From Zygophlyctis sp. KS116 (lineage: Eukaryota; Fungi; Chytridiomycota): 18,258 bases of DNA. Of the stretch, positions 1-9,700 are shown piece by piece (position 1 is the first letter of the stretch; each line of letters starts with the position of its first letter). The DNA is taken from positions 1-18,258 of the forward strand of contig BAAFSQ010000200.1 of the NCBI GenBank assembly GCA_054661495.1, in the 5' to 3' direction. The position numbers and the translations under genes were made by a program. The notes beneath the pieces were generated by a model. The model was not told the origin of the DNA. It ran no database searches and saw nothing but the letters and a program-made list of their open reading frames with translations.

Positions 1-97
1 ATAAATTTCCCATAGACTGATTCGATGAATTTTTTTTGGCTGCAGTTAGCATGCTAGTAGATAAGAGAAGAACCAAGAAAGCCTTTGTAGAGATCAT
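1..97 (-). CDS. 5' end of a probable secreted protein (runs off the window edge)
   Basis: The minus strand from ATG at 97 reads MISTKAFLVLLLSTSMLTAAKKNSSNQSMGNL with no stop. It has a basic residue, a hydrophobic core and a small-residue cleavage region, i.e. a signal-peptide pattern. TATAAAA lies on the minus strand at 138-144. Not in the ORF track. Confidence 0.6.
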   Translation of the reverse strand, partial: MISTKAFLVLLLSTSMLTAAKKNSSNQSMGNL

Positions 98-137
98 TAT
101 TAATTTTTTTAAAGATGTACCACCCAAAATAAGCTCC

Positions 138-349
138 TTTTATATCCGTTCCTGTCCCGCCGGATGACGTGCAGGATGACGTGAGCAAAGTGACGTATTT
201 ACTATGAATGACATATGTAGATCAATTTAATTAATAAAAAGAGAGATTGACTCTGACAGTAGAGAGATTAAGAATTGATATTTTAAAGCGATAATATATA
301 ATGATTGTTCTGTTAACTTGAGCGTTGAGCGTTGGTGGCGCAGTGACGT
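138..349. promoter_or_regulatory. Divergent promoter region with four TGACGT (CRE/ATF bZIP-type) motifs and TATA-like boxes
   Basis: TGACGT at 165-170, 177-182, 191-196 and 344-349. TATAAAA on (-) at 138-144 and TATATAA on (+) at 295-301. Lies between two divergent start codons (97 on -, 387 on +). Confidence 0.5.
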
Positions 350-386
350 AACCAGTGTAAACAATGGCCCTGAAACTTCAAAAAAA

Positions 387-1351
387 ATGAGCAAAGACGC
401 TAAACAGGACAAAGGATCTTTTCTAATTGATTTCATGATGGGCGGTGTCTCTGCCGCAGTCTCAAAAACTGCAGCTGCCCCTATCGAGAGAGTTAAACTC
501 CTCATCCAGGTAAATCCCATAAACTGAAATTATAGAATCAAGATGAAATGATTAAATCTGGTCGTCTTGCTTCTCCTTACAAGGGAATTGGTGACTGTTT
601 CAAAAGAGTTATTGCTGAGGAAGGTGCGGTACAGCTCTGGAGAGGAAATACGGCTAATGTGATTCGTTATTTCCCAACTCAAGCATTAAACTTTGCTTTT
701 AAGGATTATTTTAAGAGAATGTTTGGTTATAAGAAGGATAAAGATGGATATTGGAAATGGTTTGCTGGTAATTTGGCATCTGGTGGTTTGGCTGGTGCCT
801 CATCTCTTGCATTTGTCTACTCTTTAGATTATGCTCGTACTAGATTGGCCAATGACAACAAATCTGCTAAAAAAGGTGGAGAACGTCAATTTAATGGTTT
901 GGTCGATGTTTACCGAAAGACTATTGCCTCTGATGGAGTTGCTGGATTATATCGAGGATTTGCTATTTCTTGTGTTGGTATCATTGTGTATCGTGGACTT
1001 TACTTTGGTCTTTACGATTCAATTAAACCAGTTTTACTTGTTGGAAATTTGGAAGGAAATTTCCTTGCTTCTTTTATGCTTGGATGGTCTATTACTATTG
1101 GTGCTGGATTGGCCTCTTATCCTATTGATACTGTCCGTCGTCGTATGATGATGACTTCTGGAGAAGCTGTCAAATACTCTTCATCTTTGGCCTGCATGAA
1201 GGAAATTGTTGCCAAGGAGGGTGTCAAGTCTCTCTTCAAGGGAGCTGGTGCTAATGTTCTCCGTGCTGTTGCAGGTGCTGGTGTATTGTCTGGTTATGAT
1301 CAATTGCAAATCATCTTATTTGGAAAAGCTTACTCTGGTGGATCTGGTTAA
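387..1351 (+). CDS. AAC: Mitochondrial ADP/ATP carrier (adenine nucleotide translocator), 312 aa
   Basis: Exons 387-509 and 536-1351. The 26-nt intron 510-535 (GTAAAT..TAG) restores [16 protein letters not shown]|NQDEM. The ANT signature [29 protein letters not shown] and three carrier repeats are present. Confidence 0.98.
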
Positions 1352-1388
1352 ACGAATGAATAAATCTAGTGATTTATTAATTTTTTGT

Positions 1389-2300
1389 ATGAGTGAAGAG
1401 ATTAAAAGTTACTTTGATCATGCTAAAAATGTAGCTAGATTGGCCGGTGACATATTAAAAACAAATTATGATGCTGTTCATGATATATCTAGCACTGATT
1501 ATCAGAATTTGGAGATTCAAACAAAGGAAGAGAATGATGCGAATCTTGTCACAATTGTTGACCAAAAAATTCAGGAATTCATTGCTGATTATTTAAAGAA
1601 GGAGTTTCCTCTACATTCATTTATCGGAGAAGAATCATTTGAAAAAGTGGAATTGGGAAATTCTCCAACTTGGATTATTGATCCCATCGACGGAACAACT
1701 AATTTTGTTCATGGCTTGCCTTATTGTTGTGTTAGTATTGGACTTGTTATAGACAAAAATCCAACCATTGGAGTTATTTACAATCCAATTCTTGGTCAGA
1801 TGTATTCTGCTTGTCAAGGAATTGGTGCGTTCCTGAATGACTCACGTCTTGGAACTTCTCCAAAGCCGATCTCTCCATTATCTCAATCTATAATTGGATG
1901 TGAATATGGAAATGAACGAACAGACTCTATTCTAAATCCAAAATTGGAAATGTTTACAAAAGTTGTAAAAGCCCCTGTTCGTGCAATTAGATGTTATGGA
2001 TCTGCTGCAATGAATCTATGTATGGTCGCTACTGGAGTCTTGGATGCATATTTTGAAGCAGGAATACATTGTTGGGATATAGCGGCAGGTGTTGTGATTG
2101 TAAAGTAAGTTTTAAATTTATTTAGATATAGAGAATCAGGAGGGATTGTTGCAAACTTTACTACAAAATCTGATGATTTGATTGATCTTATGGACAGGAC
2201 AATTGTAGCAATCAGACCAGGAAAATTAAAAGAAAATATGGATCATCGGTTGGAAGAAATTCAGACATTGTTAAGTCCTGTTCCTTATGATCGTGATTGA
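1389..2300 (+). CDS. Inositol monophosphatase (IMPase family), about 294 aa
   Basis: Exons 1389-2104 and 2132-2300 with a 27-nt intron 2105-2131. Motifs FIGEE, WIIDPIDGTTNFVHG, GSAAMNLCMVATG and WDIAAGVVIV|KESGG, ending in YDRD. An alternative in-frame ATG lies at 1356. Confidence 0.95.
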
Positions 2301-2828
2301 CTAAATTAGATATTATATATCATATTATTAAATCTTAGAATTGAATACTATTTTTTGGTTTGGACACTTGTCAAGGGATCGTGAGAGTTATGTCCTCAAG
2401 TCTGCAAGCTTTTCCTAAATTGACATGATCACTTTCGTAGATTATTTGAAGATGGCAGGCCTTGAATACGATAGGGATATCGTCTGTGTGATTGCTAGAA
2501 AGAATGGTATAAAGCAACGAGAAGCATTAGATAGTCGTTCACCAGAGGCTTGCGTAGAATTGTCCTGAATTTGAAATTAATGAGGAGTACATTCTTCGAA
2601 AATTTAAATCTCTAAAACATTAACAACTGGCATAGGAATTAACAGAATTATACTTTTGCAATATGCAATTGGTAAATGAACATTTAAATCAGGCTGCCTG
2701 TAATTTATAAACTCATCATTGTAGGAATGTTTAATCGTATGCAGAATATATATTTTTATGCACTTCTAATTTTATGCACTTGAATATATATTTTAGATTA
2801 AATATTTTTAGGGATAGCGGGATATGAC

Positions 2829-4273
2829 TCATTCTTCAACCCATTTCCATCGTATTCCTTTATCGTGGAAAAATACGGCAGATGTATCCCACGCCTTATT
2901 CTCGAGTTCATCAGTAAACATATCGTATTCTTGTTTCGTCCATTCATAAGATTCAACTATATCACCATTTCCACTTGCACGCTGAACATGGAAATGAGAA
3001 ACCAAGAGAATACTTTTGATGACATCCTCCACTTCGGCCGACTCATTAATACAAATGAAATAATTGTTTTCGTCCCAAGAAACCATAAATTTCTCCTTCT
3101 AATTTTTAGATTTTCTAATTATTACATTAAATAGATCAAATGAAGTGTTTAAGCTTAATTCTGAATTTGTAAAAGAGTCACCTATTGAAGAACCTATTAA
3201 AATCTTTGGTAATTTTAGCGTAGCTTTTGGCCATTCTGAAAACCAACTCGTCAATTTTTCTACTTCATACAAGGTAAGTACAGACTTTTCTCGTACAAAT
3301 GATTCAGCAAGTATGGGAAGCGATGTAGAATTTAGTATTGCAAATCTAGTACAGTTTAAGAGCTTAACTGTCATGAATAAATGAAAAGGAGCCAGAACTG
3401 CAAAACCACCAAAAAGGGATATAACATCATGACTATAAGATAGATAGTAAACTCCGAGAGCAGTACCTATTAAATGAGCAGCAGACATTTGAGAATCATC
3501 TTTGGCGACTAAATCCCCAACATTTCCCTGTAATGCAAAATTCCTAGTAAAAGTAGTATGAGTTGCATTCCAAATAGCAAAACTTATTCCACGAAGACCA
3601 AATCCAAACCCACTAAAGAATAAAAACCAAAGAATAAGTCTGAAATAAAAAATACCAATTAGATGGAGCTATAATTGTGCATAACTGAAGTAATGATCCA
3701 GCCAAAGAACACGCCTCACCTATAGTCAGACAAAATTCTACAATACCAAATGATTTCCTTTTAATTAAAAGAAAAAAAATACCAAGTTTTCGGATGACTA
3801 TCAAAAGAAGAAGCAAACTTTTTTATAAATAGTAGCTTTAGTCCTTCTCCAACCGTATCTTTCAAAACCCAATTGATAGCAATGGCTGAAGATCCTGAAG
3901 CTACTGGAGATGCACCTCCTAAACTCTCCAGCATTGCCTGTGAGCAAAGTACTGACACAGTACTCCCCTTGTAATCAGTAAAAACCATTTACAATCATTG
4001 TTTCTAGAAATTGCCAAACATGAACTTTGGCATAAACAGGATGCACAGTTGTAGGATACCTGCGTTTCAGGAATTATTTTGAATTACCCCACTGGAAGAA
4101 ACATTGACCGAAACCAATCTGGAAAGTATTGATTACTAACTAACCATTCAGACTTGCTGCCTAATTTTTCATTACATACTATAATTACCAATGTATTTTC
4201 TAGTTTTTCCATTAACGGACTCATAGAATGCAACTTTTGACTTGCAACGAATTGCAATTTTGAAAAAACTCAT
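2829..4273 (-). CDS. RUS1 / DUF647 (root UV-B sensitive, C16orf58-like) family membrane protein, about 418 aa
   Basis: Exons 4273-4189, 4160-4088, 4059-3993, 3967-3783, 3757-3747, 3719-3656, 3627(or 3612)-3126 and 3098-2829. The spliced product has FLPVGYPTTVHPVY, SQAMLESLG, AINWVLKDTVG, FDSHPKTW and NFALQGNVGDLVAKDDSQ, typical of DUF647 proteins. Confidence 0.88.
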
Positions 4274-4467
4274 TACGGTTAATTATTTAGCCTAAATGAT
4301 TATCATATGGCACGAAATTTCTCTAGAAGCAAAACATTGCTGGAAGCACTATCCATGCATTTTTTTACTGATCTTCGTGCTTCCAAGGCAATTTCTCTGC
4401 ATAGTTTTTTTTGAAGAATAGATCATAAGACTTTTTTGGGTATTATTCTCTACTTTAATATTATAGA

Positions 4468-4875
4468 ATGGGTGGGCTTCTTTTTGTACCTTGTTGCCAT
4501 AACGATTTGGCGAAATTTAGTTTTGATAGTTCAGCGCGGGATAATAGCGTTGAATTTTACCAACCGCCCATTCTATCAGTTTCAGAATCCAATACTTCAA
4601 ATTACAGTTCATCAGATAGTGACTCTTGTAAATCTTCCTCTAATTATTCTCCTATACTATCAGGAATAAATTCAGAACTTGTTTGTCAAGAAAACAAAAT
4701 AGTTCATGTTTGTAGAGTCTGTAATAAGTTATTTCAGCGACCGTCTACACTCAAGACTCATATGAATTCACATACTGGAGAAAGACCATATCTTTGTCCA
4801 AACGACTCTTGCAAACGATCATTTTCAGTTCGAAGTAATATGAATCGTCATTATCGCAAGTGTCCTTATTCTTAG
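4468..4875 (+). CDS. C2H2 zinc-finger transcription factor, FlbC-like two-finger domain, paralog 1 (135 aa)
   Basis: Intronless ORF with [51 protein letters not shown], a TGERP linker and a Ser-rich middle region. Confidence 0.92.
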   Translation: MGGLLFVPCCHNDLAKFSFDSSARDNSVEFYQPPILSVSESNTSNYSSSDSDSCKSSSNYSPILSGINSELVCQENKIVHVCRVCNKLFQRPSTLKTHMNSHTGERPYLCPNDSCKRSFSVRSNMNRHYRKCPYS

Positions 4876-5039
4876 TATTTTTTAATATATTGGGATAGTG
4901 TATTTCACGCTTTAATAAAAAAATAATAGAATTTTTGCGAAATTCAGACTGAAATCTGCTGATTAGGGCGCCCTGACTTCCCCTAATTCCTCTAAATTCC
5001 CCAAAACTCCTGTAAATTTTGTAAACCTACTGACTCAAG

Positions 5040-5160
5040 ATCTGCGAAATCTGTCAAATCTGCGAAATCTGCGAAATCTGCAATATCAGCAAATTGTAAA
5101 TTTACGTGTTGGGGATCGCAGATCATTAGCCCCAAGTTTAGATCGCAGATCATCAGCCCC
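5040..5160. repeat. 9-nt tandem repeat (about 6 x ATCTGCGAA) followed by a 20-nt direct repeat in the promoter of zinc-finger paralog 2
   Basis: ATCTG(C/T) or ATCAGC at 5040, 5049, 5058, 5067, 5076 and 5085. GATCGCAGATCAT(T/C)AGCCCC at 5114-5133 and 5141-5160. Confidence 0.85.
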
Positions 5161-5176
5161 TGTAGAAAAATAAAGA

Positions 5177-5593
5177 ATGTGCACTCTTTTTGTTCCGTCT
5201 TGCTCAAACGATTTATTCAAATTCCATTTACACTCTTCAGAAAGTATAAGATGTGATGGTCTTCAGACTCTAAGTGTTGTTGCTTGTGCAGATGAATCTA
5301 TTTTTCCTAGGATTAAGAGTAGATCAGACTCTTGGGACTCTCAAATCTCTAATATGACTTGTCACTCTGATTCTGATAATGAATCATTACAAAAGGTTCC
5401 TTCTAGATCTCTAAAGTGGAAGTATAACTGTTCTGTTTGTCATAAATTGTTTGAAAGGCCTTCTACTCTCAAAACTCACATGAACTCTCATACTGGAGAA
5501 AGACCATTTTTTTGTGCTAATAATGGATGTAAAAGAAGTTTTTCAGTCCGAAGTAATATGATGCGCCACCATAAGAAATGTCGCCATCATTGA
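5177..5593 (+). CDS. C2H2 zinc-finger transcription factor, FlbC-like, paralog 2 (138 aa)
   Basis: Intronless ORF with [51 protein letters not shown]. Shares the N-terminal LFVPSCSNDL motif with its neighbours. Confidence 0.92.
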   Translation: MCTLFVPSCSNDLFKFHLHSSESIRCDGLQTLSVVACADESIFPRIKSRSDSWDSQISNMTCHSDSDNESLQKVPSRSLKWKYNCSVCHKLFERPSTLKTHMNSHTGERPFFCANNGCKRSFSVRSNMMRHHKKCRHH

Positions 5594-5740
5594 GTCTCAA
5601 ATAGAATTGTTTAATAGAATTATACTTTTTAAATCTCTTGATCATTTGAGAATTTGGAAAACTAGAAAAATAATTCCATTATTCCTTTATTTTGGGATCA
5701 GGCTAATTTTACTTGGATTTCATGATTTACCTTTTTTTTT

Positions 5741-5765
5741 ATGATTTCATGATTTCATGATTTCA
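5741..5765. repeat. 8-nt tandem repeat (ATGATTTC x3)
   Basis: atgatttc atgatttc atgatttc a, with a partial extra copy at about 5717-5728. Confidence 0.8.
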
Positions 5766-6107
5766 GAAATTAGAATTTAGATTTTACATGTAAAAATATA
5801 GCAGATCTCAAATTTAAAATATAATTTATTAATTGTAAAACATTCAAAATAAAATTAAAATTTATCTAGTAAATAAAAAATTCAAAGCAATTTTCAAATC
5901 TGATGGATTTATCGATTAGATCGAGAGTAGATTTAAGCAGTTCTAGGCCGATCCATCAAACTATGAGCTATCGGCAGATCCAAGAGCGAAAAGCGAAAAG
6001 CTTTGAAAAAGCGTTTGCAGATCTTGAAAATTTCTTCATTTTCGCGTCAAATTTATGCCAAGAGCCATGCCCAGTCTGTGATCAGCGGCCACTTTAAAAA
6101 ATTAAAA

Positions 6108-6518
6108 ATGTATTCTCTGTTTGTACCTTGTTGCTCTAATGATCTACTCAGATTTCGTTATGATTATGAACTAATGAACGTAAATCAGTTTCAAAAGTTT
6201 AGTCAAGTTGCGTATAATTACTATGATCAGAATAGAAATAATTTATCACTTGTAGAATCTCAACCATCTCCAACCTTTTCAACTTCTTCATCCAACATAT
6301 CGTCCGAAGAAATCGGTCAAATCGGTCAAAAAAGATCAGGATGGAAATATAGTTGTTTACATTGTCATAAATTGTTTGAAAGGCCTTCTACTCTCAAAAC
6401 TCACATGAACTCTCATACTGGAGAAAGACCTTTTGGCTGCCCAAATAATGGATGTAAAAGAAGTTTTTCAGTCCGAAGTAATATGATGCGCCACCATAAG
6501 AAATGTCGCCATAATTAG
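6108..6518 (+). CDS. C2H2 zinc-finger transcription factor, FlbC-like, paralog 3 (136 aa)
   Basis: The start is placed at ATG 6108 (MYSLFVPCCSNDL) by alignment with paralogs 1 and 2, not at the TTG at 6003. Contains [51 protein letters not shown]. Confidence 0.92.
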   Translation: MYSLFVPCCSNDLLRFRYDYELMNVNQFQKFSQVAYNYYDQNRNNLSLVESQPSPTFSTSSSNISSEEIGQIGQKRSGWKYSCLHCHKLFERPSTLKTHMNSHTGERPFGCPNNGCKRSFSVRSNMMRHHKKCRHN

Positions 6519-6746
6519 ATCTGAAAAGAAAATAGAATTGTTTAATATTTTAGCCATGTGTTTTCATGTAGATTATCAAAGTAAATTTACTGTCAATTAT
6601 TAAATCAGTCATGGATTTTACTTGCACGATCAGATATTTCTAATAATACTAGATCTTGGAAGACTCACTGGCGATGAACATTTATCTTTAAATACTTTAT
6701 TAATGACACTTTTGATTAACCATTGAGTTTTTTTAGGGTAAACAGG

Positions 6747-9700
6747 ATGGATATGCTGCCATGGGATTATCAGCTAGTAAATGGAAAATGTCAAATGGTA
6801 GAGAGGTTTGATAAAGAAAAGGGGAATCAGATTCCTTATTTATCAAGGACTAGAGTCTCGCCGCTGTCGAGGCCTGCCCAAGAGATCAAGGAGGAATTTA
6901 TACAGGAATTTCTGACTCCAAAACCAGTCTTATCGAATTGGTTTATGAATAAAAGTCAGAAATTCATACATAGAGATATTGATATAGATAAGTTGTTTGA
7001 ACTGCAATTATCGCCGCTAAATGTGGATTTTGTGTTCAAAGATCAGTTGAATTTAGAAGAGTATGAAGAGGTAATTATACATTTTACATTTTAATAATAA
7101 GGTGTATTGTTTAGATTATGCATTAGAAGCTAATAATTCGGCATCAATGAAGCGTAATCCGGCACCAAAAGAAAATCTAGTAAGAGGTAGTACTAGTTAT
7201 ATTCCTTTTTTACCAGGTGGATTAGATCCTACAGATTTGATTCCTAAAAAGAAGATTCATACAAATGATGATTTATTTCCTTTGGATAGAAATGATTTAC
7301 TAACAGCTGCTCCAGGTATGGATCGTGGTTTGGTTTTGCAAGATTTAGATTCTGAGAATATAAAAGAATTTAAGGGAATTCAAAATGTGGTTGATCTAGA
7401 TTTGGATAATGATTTTCTGAAAGATTTGCTTCAGTCTAGTATCTCTGAAGACGAAGAACTAAATAAGAAAAGTCAAGAAACACAAGATCAAAAGATTCAA
7501 ATTGTTGCAGAAAGTCTTGAAGCTCAAGCAGTGGATGATTTGATACCGGTTCTTGTAAATGATTTATTATAATTTTTAGCCCGACTTATCTGCTATTTTA
7601 AAGAATACCAAACCCAGACAGTCTCAAAATGAATGGGTTACAATTATTGATGTATCTGCACAATTTCCAGATTTTGAAACATTGGTTCCGGAAATGGCGA
7701 TTGAGTTTCCTTTTGAATTGGATGTTTTTCAGAAACGTGCAGTTTATCATCTTGAAAATAGTGAGTCTGTATTCATAGCTGCACATACTTCAGCCGGGAA
7801 AACAGGTATTTCTAATTCATGTTAAAAGAAAAAGTTGTTGCTGAATATGCAATTGCTCTTGCCCAGAGACATATGACACGAGCAATATACACTTCGCCAA
7901 TAAAAGCTCTTAGTAACCAAAAATACAGAGATTTTAAAGAAAAATTTGATGATGTTGGAATTTTAACTGGAGATATACAAATCAAACCGGATTCTGCATG
8001 TTTAGTCATGACGACAGAAATTTTGCGGTCAATGCTTTACAGAGGAGCTGATATAATAAGAGATGTGGAATTCGTTATATTTGATGAATGTCATTATGTT
8101 AATGATTTAGAGCGGGTATCTTTGACTTATTAATTTTAGGGTGTTGTTTGGGAAGAAGTCATTATCATGCTCCCTGATCACATCACAATTATACTGCTAT
8201 CTGCAACAGTTCCAAATACAAAAGAATTTGCGGAATGGGTCGGTAGGACAAAGAAAAAGAAGATTTTTGTCATTTCCACGACGAAAAGGCCTGTACCATT
8301 GGAGCACTATCTATTTTTCGATAAAGAAATCGTGAAAATAGTTGATTCAGATAAAAGATATATCGCTCAAGGATGGAAAACTGTATATGATCGTATTAAG
8401 AAACCTACTGCGGACGTGAAATCGTCTTCTAAAGGACCTCGTGAAAAAACCGTCTCGAAGCAAACCTCCAAAAAAAGCATTCCTTCTTCTTCTGGTCGAA
8501 TGAATAGCAATGTTATGGTAACTTTTTAACTAATATAATAGGACAAAAATGTTTATTCTAATTTAATCGGGTTATTGAGGAAGCGGGACTTGTTGCCCGT
8601 CATCATATTCACATTCTCAAAAAAGAAATGTGAAGAATATGCTGGCTCTTTATCAAATATAGATTTAACGTCTGGCGCATCTGAAAAATCCGCTGTGCAT
8701 TTGTTTATCGAAAAAAGCTTATCATGTCTAAAAGGAAGTGATAAAGAACTACCCCAAATTCAAAGAATGCGAGACTTGCTCTCTCGAGGTATCGCGGTTC
8801 ATCATGGAGGTAATATTCCTTGATTCTTAATTCAGGACTTCTACCGATTGTGAAAGAAATTGTGGAAATTTTGTTCACCAGGGGCCTAGTCAAGGTGCTT
8901 TTTGCTACAGAAACGTTTGCTATGGGAGTCAATGCGCCCGCTAAGTCGGTTGTTTTTTCGAGTATTCGAAAACATGACGGGCAAAATTTCAGAGAATTAC
9001 TTCCAGGCGAGTATACTCAAATGTCTGGAAGAGCTGGACGTAGAGGATTAGATTCAACAGGAATGGTTATAATTCTATGCAGTTCTGATGTTCCTGATGT
9101 AAGTGAATTTAGTATTTTTACGATTTAGCAAGCTACTCTTTCTCAGATGATTTTAGGAAAACCAACAAGACTACAATCCCAGTTTCGATTGACATATTCT
9201 ATGATATTGAATTTGTTGAGAGTTCAAACTCTAAAGGTGGAAGAGATGATCAAGAGATCTTTTTCAGAAAATACTGGACAAAAGGAAATGCCAGATCAAA
9301 AAAAATCCTTAGAAGAGAAATCTAATATGCTGGAAAAGATGAATAAATTATCATGCATAATATGTGAATCAGATATATATGAATATTACGAGGTCTCTAG
9401 AAGGATAATAACTCTGAATTTTGACATGAAAGAAAGTATCATTTCTAATGTGATTGGCATAAAGTCACTTTGCCCGGGCCGCATAGTCATAATCAATAAC
9501 AGCTTTTATAGGAATTCATTAGGAATGATAATTCAATCCAAGTCTCCAGAGATAAAAAGTGGTGCGCGGATGGTAGTAAGTGCTGATAAATATTTTCAAG
9601 TTCTGATTCTGCTCGACCATGACTCTTTAAAATCTACTTTTGTCGGTATCATTATTTTTATGAAACTTATCCATAGATAGCAAGCCCTTACCGCTTAAAA

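Noticed and set aside
227-1817. ORFs 227-520(-), 831-1148(+) and 1635-1817(-), and the 1206-1388 extension of the IMPase ORF
   Set aside because: Shadow or alternative frames of AAC and IMPase with no recognisable motifs.
2865-3384. Plus-strand ORFs 2865-3134 and 3145-3384
   Set aside because: Antisense to exons of the RUS1-like gene.
5040-5160. Repeats considered as a CRISPR array or telomeric repeat
   Set aside because: No unique spacers, the units are too short and degenerate, the context is eukaryotic and the position is internal.
4992-5207. Minus-strand 71-aa ORF with FADIADFADFAD repeats
   Set aside because: A by-product of the 9-nt tandem repeat and the 20-nt duplication in the promoter; no other sign of coding.
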